Assembly (NCBI GenBank): GCA_040954595.2
Contig: CM082598.2
Span: forward strand, 5,595,097 to 5,659,096
Length of the DNA stretch: 64,000 bases
Direction: 5' to 3'
Source: Balanoglossus misakiensis
Taxonomy: Eukaryota; Animalia; Hemichordata
Shown here: in pieces, positions 1-13,900 of the stretch
Layout: each line of letters begins with the position of its first letter
Position numbering within the stretch: position 1 is the first letter of the stretch
The notes under the pieces: model-generated
Told to the model about the DNA's origin: nothing
Database searches by the model: none
What the model saw: the letters and a program-made list of their open reading frames with translations, nothing else
Made by a program: the position numbers and the translations under genes

Positions 1-239
1 GGCAGCTAGAACATTATGCTAGGTGGAAGCGGATAAAGATCTGCAATAATGAATAGAAATGATGAATTGTGAGGGAAGTGTCAAAGATAATGAATATGTG
101 CCTGTTTCATACAATATTGCCATTTATGATGCAAGCTCACCAGTAACCATTTTCGGATGAACGCACAGAACATAAACTGATAAACAGTGCACGCGTCTTT
201 TTCCCATAGGATTAAATTGATAAAATTGCTAGAAAACAA

Positions 240-570
240 ACTTCTACTATTGTCATTTTCACGCAATTTTACACATAGCTCAGTCCAGTAAACATAAATT
301 CATTAGTCAAATTAAATCGTGTGGTCACCGAGCTCTGTTTTGAGATAAACTTTGGTAAATATTTTGCCCATAGACAAACCATTGGTGAAAAGTGCTGAGT
401 CAGCAGTTTTCTTCTTTTATTGACTAAATTCATGGTTCTGTAGTTCAAAAACCAAGTGTGGTGACCCCTATATTTTATTACGGATTTTCATTGTACATAC
501 ACAGGAAAATAAAAAAAATCAATAATTAAAAAATGACAATACTCCCAATTTTGACAAACATATATCCTTG
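240..570. repeat. Dispersed repeat, homologs at ~24370-24722 and (inverted, partial) ~51095-51260
   Basis: Shared CTTCTACTATTGT...GAGTCAGC.GTTTTCTTCT...ACGGATTTTCATT. Confidence 0.7.
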
Positions 571-1011
571 ATTACCCATGATTTCGTTTATTATTACTCT
601 ATCAGATGCTAATTGAAAAAAATTAACGAAGGATTATACAAATGCAGGTATTTGCTCACTGATAGTTCTCAAGCACGAAAGAACATTCACCTTATTTTGA
701 CATTCAATTTTATCAAAATGCACATCAATTGGACAGGTAGGTTTTTAAAATGGCGTCGTTATTCTTCCTGCAGCGTAGACGTCAACAAGACAATGCACAG
801 ATGTAATTTATTGTTTTCCCATTTAGGAGATTTACTGATAGAGCCCGGGCCTGGATTTGTGTAGCACAGATGTGGGCTTTGAGATAGTCACTTTTGCATA
901 TGAATAAATCATCTTAAGCGAAGTTGTTGCAAATAATTGCATATGAAGCTCACACAAGTTATTTCCGATTGGACAGTAAACAATGGGATTCCAAAGGAGT
1001 TTTGCAGTTAA

Positions 1012-1358
1012 AGGGACAAAGTCCCTCTCTCGCTGCCCTTTTTCCATTATTTATGTTTGAGACAAGACGCTGTTTATATTTATGTACATTTGGATATATA
1101 GTGAATCGAGGTTTAACCACATGCTACTTCCATCCCGTTTGTAGGATATGAGAGTAAAAATCTCACCAAAATGAATAAACAGTAAACACCGATTATTCAA
1201 TTTGGCAAGTTTTTCACTCTTGTATCTGCAAGTGAGATGAAAGTTGTGTGTGGTCGAACGTTGATTCACTATATATCCACATGTACAATAACATGACCAG
1301 TGTATTGTATCAAAAATAATTTATGGAAAAAGGGCAGCCAGAGAGAGGCTTTGTCCCT
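1012..1358. mobile_element. Foldback MITE family A (Kolobok/T2-like), full length
   Basis: TTAA|AGGGACAAAG...CTTTGTCCCT|TTAA; near-complete 347-bp palindrome. Confidence 0.88.
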
Positions 1359-2010
1359 TTAACGTCACATTCAGATAGCTACGTTTTTCAATCTCGCGTC
1401 TGAATTATGCATCATACATGATTAACGACAATTTTAAGTAAGCAAAGAAATCGTTAATATGCCCGTCATAGACAATAAATCATACAGTGCATTCAATGAT
1501 AACTTTAATCTATTTTACCATGTCTGCACATTGCAAATTCTCCATCTCATATATGTTTGAGTCGCAGATATCATTTACGTTTACTGATCATATTTTTTTG
1601 TAATATTCATACATATTTGTAAGGTGAGATATTACCTAGGAGTAAGGTAATTTTACTGACAGCAATCAGTAACATGTCTAATTTAATCTTCACGTTTGGA
1701 GACAACATATGAAGATAATAAAAATCCCGACAAATGGAGATTTAACGGAGACGGGAAGCGATGTTTCGGAAGTGAGGTTCTGGAAAAAAAGCAGAGCCAA
1801 TCAAGCAACTTGAATTCTATGCAGACACTTGTGAATCTGACACCTATGCTCTCATGACAGAAACATTCAGAGGGAAAGGTTGTCAAGAGCATCACTTCAA
1901 GTGTTGCTAATGTTATGTATGCGGAGATGTCTTCGTTTGCACGCAAGAACATTGGTACTCTGTGACACGTTGTCTTAGTGTCTGTACAGATACAGATTAT
2001 CTACACAATT

Positions 2011-2184
2011 GTTCTCTCTCTCTCCCCTCTCTATCTCTCTCCCTCTCTCGTTCTCTCTCCCTCTCTCCCTCTCTCCCTCTCTCTCTCTCTCTCTCTCGTT
2101 CTCTCTCTCGTCTCTCTCCCCTCTCTATCTCTCTCCCTCTCTCGTTCTCTCTCCCTCTCTCGTTCTCTCTCTCTCTCTCTCTCT

Positions 2185-2220
<36 letters not shown>

Positions 2221-2330
2221 CTCTCTCTCTCTTCTCTCTCCCCTCTCTATCTCTCTCCTCTCTCGTTCTCTCTCCATCTCTCTCTCTCTCCCCCTGTCTC
2301 TCTTTCTCTCTCTCTCCATCTCTGTCTTTC
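2011..2330. repeat. (CT)n microsatellite, interrupted
   Basis: Direct reading. Confidence 0.97.
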
Positions 2331-4112
2331 CATATTCCAATATCACACCAAGTATTCCACAAATGAAAGGCATTTCACCAAATTAGCTATATTGTCAGAT
2401 GATGATATCAATCGATCAGATAAGATTGATTAGAAAAGCAGGAAGCCGAGAGCTAATAGGATTCGTCAATCATCATCTGGACATCCAATTTTACTGGCAG
2501 TTTAATTATACAAGTTAATGCACTTTTGATGTATGGGGGGGGGGGGACTTACAGTGGGAGAGAAAGTACAGAGAGCATGTAATGAGAGAGATCGATACCT
2601 GCACTAGTATTAAAACTATCAAAATCAAAGCAATTTTACCAGAGACAAATAAATGAGCTGAAATAAAATGTTTGTAAAATCATGCTTAATTAATATGCAC
2701 ATTTTCTAACAGCTTAATTTTCCTGTTGCGTTTCACACATTTATATATAAATCATTTGAACTAGGAATTGTGTTGATCACTGACGATGATTCTTAAAAGT
2801 GTACAAGAAAGAATACAAATGCTCACATTTAAATCACGTAGTTCGCAGTGCACGCTCGGAACACTTTGAATCCTTCGATATACGTATGGTCAAAATAGCG
2901 TAACCACGTGCATGACTAACCATTTGGTGGCGCACATTTTTTGGAACCCACTGAAAATCTGTGATTGGCTAAATTTGAATTTTCCATGGTAACAGTAGTT
3001 AAATATGCCTAGGTGACAGTAAGCCTGGGGGCAGGTCTGCCGCTTGTAAATTCCTTCTCATTGAAAATAGATCTGTTGTCCCTCTAGACTAAATGTTTAC
3101 CACGAACCACGCCGCTTTCGATTACGTAAAGGACAGTGGTGGCATATTAAAGGAGTATTAGGGGCTGTATGTTTACGTGACCCAATGAGACATTTTTGAG
3201 AAAGCACCACAACGGCCTGGTCCCTGTAGCCACTCAATGTCATACTGTTTCTACTAAAATGTCATAATGAAATGTGATTCTGCACATGCATGTGCGGTTT
3301 TGTTCTGAAGGTCGCCCAAGCAAGTTTGACAACCATTGATTTACACAGACGTATAATCAAAGTAAACACATATCCAATTCATACGATTTTGCCCCTTTCC
3401 ATAAGTTACACATGAATTATAAATAAAGATTTGTTTATTTAAAAATAATTTTATCGCTGCATCATGTAAATGGCGTATTCAAAGCAACCATGCTCATGAT
3501 TCAAAATTAATCTACAATATATTTGATAAATTAACCCAGCATTAGCTAAAACAGAAAACAAGGATGTTAAGTATTAAACTTGTTTTTTCTCAATTTGATG
3601 CAAAATGCTCAATAACAAATCCTATCAAACCTGTCAACATTCTAAAGACTGTCACCATATGTGTACATATGCCAGCATGCGAATTCCATGTGACATGACG
3701 ATTTAGCTAAATCCATCATTTATGCTGTCAGTGTTAGTAGCTTAGATATATTCTATTTCCTTTCAGATTATGGTAAGATATTTATTTTTATTAAATACAT
3801 TGTTAGGAATAATATCATATGATGGCTCAATTTAAAAACATTTTAAAGGGAAGTTCAGTCTTGCAGATTTTACATATGTGCGAGCTTTGGGATTGGTTAT
3901 ACCGGAAAAACCATCTACGCCATGTACCGGTATGACTTAGACGGACAAAAATATTTGTGGAAGTTGTGTTATTGGGTTTCGTCAACTTACTGCAATTTAA
4001 ATAATGGGAAAAATACAGAAAAAGACAGACAGAGAGTCAGAAATGAATAAATGATAAGATGAATCAGTCTGCCAGTCAGTCAGTAAGTTACTAAGACAGG
4101 CTGGCTGGCTGG

Positions 4113-4143
<31 letters not shown>

Positions 4144-5870
4144 GTAGGCAGGTAGGCAGGCAGACAGACAGATATAAGAACAAATGGACAAATAGTGCAG
4201 TTTGTCTTGCTCACCACCTAGAACACACCCGTAGGCAAAACTCATTATCATGGTGTACATGCAGCATTGAAAAGCTTTATGGTGGAAAAACATTGTCCCT
4301 GCAGCCCGGGCCCCGTAGTCAGGTAGCTTATCTAAAGCTCACTTCAGCGATCGTGACGTATTTGCATGTACGGTAATGTGTGATCGGGTAAAGGAATGAG
4401 TAATGTTCAGTAGCTACTCGGGTCACGTGTGCACAAAACTGTAACAACGTACCTCGTTATTGAACCATCGTTCTTGAAGATTAGAATGGCCTATTAGTTT
4501 TTTTTTTATATTGACGCAAATTGGTCCAGCATATGTTCAGAGTTCGAATCAAACGGAATAAGGAATTACTGGCGCATGCATTTTTCTGGCAACGGAGCAC
4601 TGGATTTAGGTTATCTGTTTTGTGTAAAAGCATATGTGACAGGCCTTACTCAGGATACTATCAGCTGTTGCTTAAAACAAATCGCTATCATACAAGATTA
4701 GAATTCAAAATTGGCAGTTAAACCGTTTCAACTGCACAGTCTCATCGCCATTCAAACTATTAACACAAGAGATCTAACCTCAACACGCTTCATTGAATAC
4801 AGATGGACCCACTAATTAGCCTACTGTCAGAAGTAGTACTAGTTCCTGCTTTATTGCTATATATACCACTACACTCGTGCAGTTGGAGGACACTTTCATT
4901 ATTAGCACCTCTGAATTCGAGTTCAAGTGACCCAGATATCCAGATCTCCACCCTTTGAATCGACCTATATCACCACTCCAAGCCCACAGCTGTCTTTATG
5001 CCTGAAATCACATCCTCCAACACATTTGTATTCATGATAGTGAATTTGTATTTCTTTTTTTTCGAAACTCATTCAAAAAGGGACTTTTTTTCATTACATG
5101 TTTTAGCTTGGTTAAAAGGAAGCGGTCGTTGCTTCTGTTTGTTGTAAACATTAGAATTCATCCACAAATCCCTGAAATTAGATAATTTTTAGAATGAACG
5201 AAGCAGCCAACCGTAGCGTAGACTGGGCATGACCGAAACTGAAGATCCTAGTAGGTCGTGGCGACTGCACTGAGGTTTGCACTGGTATGGGAGGACATAT
5301 TCTCATCAAAGGGGGGGGGGGGGCACCCAAGTGGCGTGATGACCCCTTCCCTTTAATGCCAGACTTTGTGAGGCAACCACTCAGCAACTGGGATATTGTA
5401 ATCAACATGTATATTACTTGTGATAATGACTGAACAGACACCTTGATAAACTTGCAAATCTTGAGATTTTCTTAACAATATCAAAACGGCAAAGCCAAAT
5501 TATCCAAACCGAGCCCAGTCGCGGAGTACAAAACATAAACCAAGCTTAAACTTCATGACAAACTATACTGTATCTATTTATGAAGAGTTATCATTACTTT
5601 ATATGGCTACAAAAAGATGTTTGAAGTGAAAAGGGGAAATTAAAGGTCTGTGAACTGTCGTAAAAACAGCCATGAGTATTACACTTTGTGACGTTTATTG
5701 AAAAGGCAACTATTTCTCGGAACCTATGTATTCTTTTAATGTGTTTTTTGAAAAAAAAAATCGCTGCGGCATGTTTTCGAACCTTAGCCTAAAGGTTCCT
5801 TTAGCACTCATGTAAATGTTTCAAATGTATTTACATGAAATGTGGTATTCTCATGAAATAAAAACATTAA

Positions 5871-6100
5871 AGGGATAAAGTCTCTCTCTCGCTGCCATTT
5901 TTCCATTAATTATGTTTGATACAAGACACCGTTTCTGTTAATGTACATGTGGATATATACTGAATCAACGTTTATCCACACATAACTTCCATCCCACTTG
6001 TAGACACTAGAGTGAAAAAACTCGCCAAAATGAATAATCGATTTTTAATCTCATATCCCACAAACAGGATGGAAGTTGTGTGTGGTCGAACGTTGATTCA
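5871..6100. mobile_element. MITE family A, truncated
   Basis: Same sequence as 1012-1358, right end missing. Confidence 0.8.
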
Positions 6101-6585
6101 AAGAATGTCGAATTGAGCATCGTCACATTGCCCTTGCGGATTGCAACACTCCATTTCAGCTAACAAGAATCCAATGCAGGTTGTAAGGCAAAATCGTCAA
6201 ATTCCTCTGTAATACGTATATCTACTGGAAGAAATCAAAGACACTACAGCTAATTCAATCGATCGTCAAGTGATCCCTTAAGTTACGTTACCATAGTGAC
6301 CGCATCAGACGATGTACATCACGTTTGAACAGAACGCAATTAGTGATTTGAAAATTGACATTTAAACAGTCTGTAGTTAATCAAGCATAGAACTCGTCCA
6401 GATATATATTTGATCGTAACAGTAGCACGTATTTCTTTTTTCCTTGAAAACCATTTTGCAAACGATTACCCATCGGCTTCAATCTCTACTAGTCTGCCAA
6501 TAACAGACTGCATGTTCGTTTCGGGTCATTCTATTGTTTGTGAATGTTACGGGTCATTACTTAAATTATCTTTGTTGGAAACTGC

Positions 6586-6996
6586 ATAATAATAATAAAA
6601 TAGTTCTTCTCAGCGCAATATGCAAAAACTCTGCCTCTCTGTGCTTTACATAAACATTAAAAAAGAAAGTCTAGTGTAAAATCACAAACGGTTAAAAATC
6701 GATAAAAAGAAAAGTTTTAAGTTATTAGTTTTAAAAGATCCAATAAGAGTAGCGGACTGAATATTAAAAGGAACAGAGTTCCATAATTTTGAACCTGCAT
6801 TAGAGAAAGTCTCTTCACCATAAGTGGAAGTTGCAGAACGTGGAACAGTCAGTGTTCTATTGTGGTTGGAACGCAAACTACGTGACGTATTTTTCAAAGA
6901 CAAAAGATCAGAGATGTACGATGGACATGAATTGTTTATGGCCTTATACACAGTTAGTAGAATTTTGTAGTCTAAGCTTCACAGGCAACCAATGCA
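6586..6996 (-). mobile_element. 3' end of an L2/CR1-group LINE (decayed ORF2 C-terminus and tail)
   Basis: HWLPVK..DYKILLTVYKAINNSCPSYISDLL..RSLRS..FSNAGSKLWNSVP..SFKT; tgtaaagc...(att)n tail. Confidence 0.8.
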
Positions 6997-7604
6997 TGCA
7001 TGCATGTACATGCACATGGAGGGTGTCTAGTGGTACAGTATATGCATTAGTCATGTTACAACCAGTCATACAGAGCTTTGAGAAAAATGACCAATTGTAT
7101 GTTTATCGCCTTGTACGTTGTCTGGTTGATATATATGCAGTGAAAAGTTTCCAATGGTTCTTTGTATAATGCATGAAGAATATTTGACCATGGTTGTGTT
7201 TCTTTCGCTGGCAAGGTGAGGGAATGGTCAGTTTCCTAGGGGGTTCAGTCAAAAACAGAGTTACTCTCTAATGAGAGTTATTATCTCATAAACAATACAT
7301 TGCTTTTACCAAACTATTGTTACAGTAGTAAATCTAAAAATGTAAGACTTTATTTTAAGTATCCGTACATTATCATTACCCCTATGAAGAAATCAAATAT
7401 ACTGGTGTATGATATTCACAAATACAAGCCTGGGGGTTTAGGCCAGAAAGGCTTAATTTATGTGACATATGCAAACTGGACCAAACGATGCAATTCTGAG
7501 GCTGTCATTGTATGGAATTTTAACTCTCCAGCTCGCTCACAATAAAAACACTGACCCCAAATTGGGCATTGCTAAAAATTGGGTGACCTCCTTTGAGCGT
7601 TTAA

Positions 7605-7906
7605 AGTGCCTAGCTCGTCTCACACGCATGTTCCAACTGTAGCCGCTGGTTACAGACGTTTAGTGAACAGTCAATCCCATAAGGCAGTGCTCTGTCCTAA
7701 CAACAGAGAAGATGGCGGCGACCTTAATCTGTGTCGGAGATTGGGAAAAGACACCAGCTTGGGTGAAAAGGAGGGACACAACCAGAATCTACTTATACGG
7801 TGCGCATGAAATATGGAAGGAAGCGAAGGCAGTCCACTATTTGAATGCATCGAACGGAAAATTTGCTAGGAAGTTACGCGCATGCGCGTGAGACGAGCCT
7901 CGCGCT
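7605..7906. mobile_element. MITE family C (TTAA; TIR AGCGCNTAGCTCGTCTCACRCGCATG), inverted orientation
   Basis: Reverse complement of 29171-29443 and 52847-53121. Confidence 0.83.
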
Positions 7907-8966
7907 TAAAAAAGGTGACCTCCTTTGAGCATTTAAAAATCAGGATGACCTCTTTCTAATTCACGGCTTCCCAGGCAATTAAATCGTTACCTTTCATAAC
8001 CTTTCGAAACATAGTGTAGTATAGTGTAGTGTAAGTTTGTAAGTTTCAAGACGCCTCCTATAGAAGTGAGTTGAATGGCTATGTTATTGGCATCTGACAA
8101 AGATCCAAACTGAATGCAGATAGGATTTCTTTAATTTCAGATGCAAATTGAATATCAATGCTTGATAAGCGTGAAATCAATGGTCTGATAATTAATGCTT
8201 GTTGTCATAACAATAAATCAACCCTGTCAAGTTGCTATGGCTTGTCATACAGAGCAGTAACAGTGGAGATAAAAATAGGATTCAAAGAGCTTCTAATTTG
8301 CATAAGGCATTCCTTGTGACTTGATATACCGGTATATCATAGACATTTTCGGCATTATACATTTCCCAAGATTTATGCATAGTCCATTGTGTACATTCAT
8401 TTTGAGAATAAAGAAGGAACATCTTTGTTCATTGCCATATTCCCAAGAATTGATCGCAGAATTATTCCATAGCGTGCACATTAAGTTGTCAAATAGGCCA
8501 GCCATCACTACCGACAGGCGCCAAACTCCTCGACGACCTGCATGCGCTTGATGTATTCTGTCACAGCTTAGTAACCTTGCCCTAGTTACGCGTAGGACAA
8601 ATGTTGTGGGATTTTTGAACCTTTTATGAAGGCCTTTTTGTGTTAATATCCCTGCTGGGTAGCAATTGATAATGCTTATAGGTAATGGTTTAATTCTTGT
8701 CTTCAAATGCGCACTCAACAATCGTGCTACTTGCTGTGTCTTAAATATGGAGCCTTGAATTTTCTTTTCATTTTAAAAAAGAATATTGTAATTTTAGTGA
8801 AACGTTTTACATTACGAATACAATACATGTATGGCGGTGTTAAATGTATTTTCAAATGGAAAAACATGCATGTCATAATTATTATGACAAGAGGTGTTTC
8901 ACAATTAGAGTAAATTTTCTTTAACCTTTGACCATTGGCATGTACATGAAAACAGATACATGCTAA

Positions 8967-9307
8967 AGCCTCTAGAGCTGCCACTTTTTGCATAATTTCA
9001 TGACTTTATTTTCCAACTTAAATTGGTCCATCTAAATAAGCTTGCTGATAGGTATACATGAACACCTTATCGATGCCCGATTGTGGGCTGTATGTTGCAA
9101 TTTGAACACGCTATGTATTAAAACAGTGCCGCACCCATTTAATCAGCCTCCATACAAACAGTACGCAGCTATCGTGGTATGTGTCGCCAAGAGATGACAA
9201 ACTGATGGCAAATGCAAGTAATATGGCTTAATGGTGAGGATTTTATAGGATAGGGAATATATTTGAAGTGTGGAAAAAATATGTGAAATTTGGCATCTAC
9301 AGGGGCT
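8967..9307. mobile_element. MITE family B
   Basis: Near-identical to 13139-13487. Confidence 0.85.
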
Positions 9308-9708
9308 TTAAGAAATGAACAATTTCTGGCACGCTCATAGTCTCTTTACGAAATTCTCAACATGTTTGGCATCATGTAGTTCTCAACAACAGTATTACAT
9401 GAAACATATACTCAATACAATTCATTTTACATTCACTCAAACGGGTTGAGTCGGTGAACCGAAAATGGTCAATTATATTTTTCAATGGACTATGTATTGT
9501 CAGTAATGATAGACAGACACTAAACACTCTCGGCTCTCCTGATGATGAACGAGTTGTTTACATCCGTTCAAGTGAACTTTGTGACCCACGTGACATAAGA
9601 TTCTCCGTGTTTTGATTTATTGATAGTTTAGAAACCTGATTGTTCAACATTTCCTATCATCAGTAGGACAAAGTATAAATACTAACTATTAAATGTTGGA
9701 AATATTAA

Positions 9709-10039
9709 AGGGACAAAGTCTCTCTCTAGCTGCCCTTTTTCCATTAATTATGTTTGATACAAGACACTGTTTATGTTATTCTAAATAGTGAATCAACATT
9801 CAACCACACACAACTTCCATCCCCTTTGTAGGATATGAGTAAAAATCTCGCCAAAATGAATAAATGGTAAACACCGATTATTCATTTTGGCGTGTTTTTC
9901 ACTCTCGTGTCGACAAGTGGGATGGATGTTGTGTGTGGTGAAATGTTGATTCACTATATATCCACATGTAGAATAACATAAATGATGCATTGCATCAAAC
10001 ATAATAGAAAAGGGGCAGCGAGTGAGAGAGACTTTCCCT
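9709..10039. mobile_element. MITE family A
   Basis: Both termini present, right one decayed. Confidence 0.85.
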
Positions 10040-10857
10040 TTAGATGACGTGGACCATAGAGATTTAAATGAGACGCCTATCTTGTCGAGTAGGAGTTTAC
10101 TTGACCTTGAGAAATCAATAAATGGCTTTGATAAATTGAGTTATTTTTTGTTGAATATTTGTACATGCAACAGCTAAGAAATACAATATTCGCTGCCTCA
10201 TGGTAAAGAGAACAGTAAAGGGAAACACATCTTACACCGTCTTTTACAAGGTGAAAACCTTATCAAGGTTATGTTTAATCCTTACAAAACACATTCTATG
10301 GGCATCTATAGAATTCTATTGCCTTTTGGATTTCTATAGAAGTTTATAGAGTTTATATAGACATCTATAGAATGCCATAGAACTGTATAAAATATTTTTG
10401 TAAGGGAAATAATACAATAATTTACCGAACTTTGAATAAACATGACACGATTGTCATTTGTATTCACTTACTTAAGTCCAACAAATACTGTCAATATGAC
10501 TGTTGGAAAATATCAAAAATCCAGCACGTCAGATATTTGCACTTTTTCAACAATAGAAACCGTTATACTGTTTTGAAAGGGGATATGTTGCCTCTTATGG
10601 AACCTTATCATACTATCAGAGTTTCGGCACTTTGACTTTTATCTGGTGTTGGTCAGACAGACTCTGATGACGCATCTGATTTCGCCGCATTCTGTTAATT
10701 GCTCATTGGGGAACAGCAGCTGCCATTTTATGACACATCAAGTCCTGTCCATCTGATAAAATGTCCAATAAATCATCAGCGATAAAATTATCTGTGAAAT
10801 AAACCATGACAACAGTTGCGTAAAAGTGATTTCCGTGTAAAAATAGTCGGCTTCAAG

Positions 10858-10933
10858 ATGGCCTCTGGTCTGTACTATCACCCGTTCATTCTCTCGTGGT
10901 TTCTATGTGCAATTACAAATTTCTCATCAACAG
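10858..10933 (+). CDS. nAChR exon 1, signal peptide MASGLYYHPFILSWFLCAITNFSST
   Basis: Good Kozak context (aagATGG), hydrophobic leader, phase-1 donor matches exon 2. The donor (gtctag) is weak. Confidence 0.65.
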
Positions 10934-13900
10934 GTCTAGACAGTTATCAGAACCTTAAGAGGTGTTATTGTAAGAAGCCTTGGATTAGGTCAGCAAATTT
11001 CATCCACACTATCTATAGGAGGTAGATGATGAAGTTAATTATGCATATCAATATTGCAAAGGTTAACAAAAGAGCTCAGGGATTTAAATATCTCACATTA
11101 CATCAATAATTCTACCCAGTGCATTCGCGTTTAGTGAATGAAAAGCGGTCTGCAGGTATACTTATTTATAGTGGTTACTGTAAAACGTTATTTTCGCGAG
11201 CAATACATTTTTGCGAAATATGCGAGAGCCAAATGGCGTGAAAATAAAAAGTCGCGTAATTTTTTTGAAGATAACGATGCAGTGAATGAAATAAGAGAAC
11301 GTGAAAATTAATACTCGCGAAACAGTGGCCTCTCTCGATATCGCGGAAATTTCAACTCGCGAAAATAAAGTGTTTTACAGTATTTGACGTTCAGATGCGT
11401 GCCTGTGTATATAGACGCTGGGCTTTGTTGTCACACCATCCTTTCTGTTATGCCATTGAAGGGAAATCATCATTTCGCCCGTTCCAATTCTTCGCACGAG
11501 CTATTTATGAGACTGAGCGCACATACAAATTAATTGGATGACTCCCTTGGGATCCAGCATGGCCAAAAGCTAAATAATCCTAACTGCTTTTGCACCGTGA
11601 ATGATCTTGCTGTGTTCACAAGAAATGAAGGAGCTATCTAGGGCATTGCAGATAACCATCTTAAAAAAGAAACAGGAGTTTTGCAGTACTATTTTTACAC
11701 AGATTTAAGATTATTGAACTGCCTTACATGATATTCAATTTAGGAAGTTCATGTTTTTGTCTTTTTGAACATGTTTTTTTGTATTGTATTTTTTAAAACA
11801 TCCTTCCACCCATTGTGTTTTTCTTGTGGTGATTTGGTAAAACGAGTTAAGCCGTCACTCATTTTTGTGTAAAAGATTTCCTTTAGATTCTTCCGTCTGA
11901 TCGTTTGTCACACAAAGTATCTCACGTTGATGCTGATACTATCAAGAACATACAAATGCAATATCTGAAAATCGTGAGGGCGCTATCCTTCCTTTTCTGA
12001 GCAGAGAAACCAAAGTGCAAAGCAAGGAATCAGCAGATTAACCAGATATTGGACTTAAAGAGACAATGTCTCTCTCTCGCTGCCCCTTTTCCATATTACG
12101 CAAAATTTGGTGACCTCATGTGACCTTTGACCTACTTTCACATATCTCGGCATTCACAGCAGGTACAGCCTGGGCATTTAAAGGGATGGAACACTGAATT
12201 GAGTCTTACTCTTTACATCATTAATTATGCACATACCTAATTCCAGACTAACCAATAGTGCTACAGGAGTGGTTTCTGTTTGACATGGACCAGTATAGGG
12301 TCAAAAATTATTGCCTCTTTGGTGACCTCTTTGACCTTCTTTCCCATATCTTAGCATCCACAGCAGATAAAGCATTGACACTTGATGCAATGGATTTGTC
12401 ATGATTATCTCTATTTGCTTGGGCCCATTCAATGCTGCTTGCAGCTTTAATTTCTAAGTATATTTCTTTCGTAAAAGGTCATGGAAAGTTCACAATTTAT
12501 GGGACTAACATATTCCCGCTGTCCCCTCACAAACGCCAGGCAATACCTTAGGTTTGACTTTTCAATTATTTCTTTGTGTAATGATATTGTACAGGATTAT
12601 CTGTCTAAAGTCAATCAATCAATCAGTAAGAAAGTCAATCAATCAATCAATCTTCTTATTCTTCTTGTTACTGTAGGTGTAAGTTGTGGAGACAGTGCGA
12701 GCTTTGAAGAGAAGTTACAAAACGATCTGTTCAAAAACTATAAGCGTTTTGTCCATCCATCGAAAAATATATCCACTCCATTAATAGTAACTTTCGGTGT
12801 GTCGCTTACTCATTTATTAGATGTGGTAAGTAAATGAACATCATGCATACAATTTCATAGATGATTTTCTGCTCTTTGCGAGATCTCGTGAGACTTGGTC
12901 AATTACCGTAGCAACTGGTTGGTAGCCAAGTAATACAATCAGGGTTTGTATGAAATTAGAATAGGTGCAGAGTTTGAAATAAACTGTAATTTATGTGCCA
13001 TGTACGTGTTGTTTGTTCAATGTCGCGAGAATGCCCCCATATAATTCGCAGTAACTCGCAGGGTCTCGTGGAGTTCGGAAAAATGGTCTATTGATGGGGG
13101 TTGAATAATCCTGTTGCGACAACATATAACACCGTTAAAGCCTCTAGAGCTGCCACTTTTTGCATTATTATCATGATTATACTTTCCAACTTAGATTGGT
13201 CCATCTTAATAAGCTTACTGATAGGTATACATGAACACCTTATCGATGCCCGATTGTGACTGCATGTTGCAATTTGAACACGCTATGTATTAAAACAGTG
13301 CCACACCGATTTAATCAGCCTCCATACAAACAGTACGCAGCTATCGTGGTATGCATCGCCAAGAGATGAAAAACTGATGCAAATACAAGTAATATGACCT
13401 CATGGTGATGATTTTAGAGGATAGGGAATAGATTTGAAGTATTTTATTGTGGAAAAAAATATGTGAAATTTGGCAGCTCTAGAGGCTTTAACATTTGAAT
13501 CAACACTTCAACGTACTTTTCCAATTTCTATGTTGGTCTCTCAGCTTGTAACTTTTTCCAAATGTAGTTGTCTATCTAACTTCACCATAAGCCCAAAAAA
13601 GCTTAACTGGTTATCTTGACAGTCTATAATCTTTTCATTATCTGTCACTTCCAAAATCAAAGAACTGCGTTCACTATAGAAGGGCCCATCACATCTGATG
13701 TTTCAATTTTGATTGTAGACACTCGCTATTATAAACCTATAGTTTAGCTCACAACAGAATGCTGTTATATGTCATACTTTATTTTGTGACCACAACACTG
13801 TGACCTCTGCATATGTTCTGCAAAATGTTTAAACTAAGGACATGTGTCCTGTCTTAGTAATTCCAAGAGCATTAAAGGGACAAGGTCTCTCTCTTGCTGC

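Noticed and set aside
1962-2433. Ser/Leu- and Arg/Glu-rich ORFs
   Set aside because: Translations of the (CT)n microsatellite.
8293-8721. 142-aa minus-strand ORF
   Set aside because: No domain motif and no convincing splice context.
10740-10790. Possible REST/NRSE site upstream of the nAChR ATG (CTGTCC half-site)
   Set aside because: The second half-site GGTGCTGA is absent at the required spacing.
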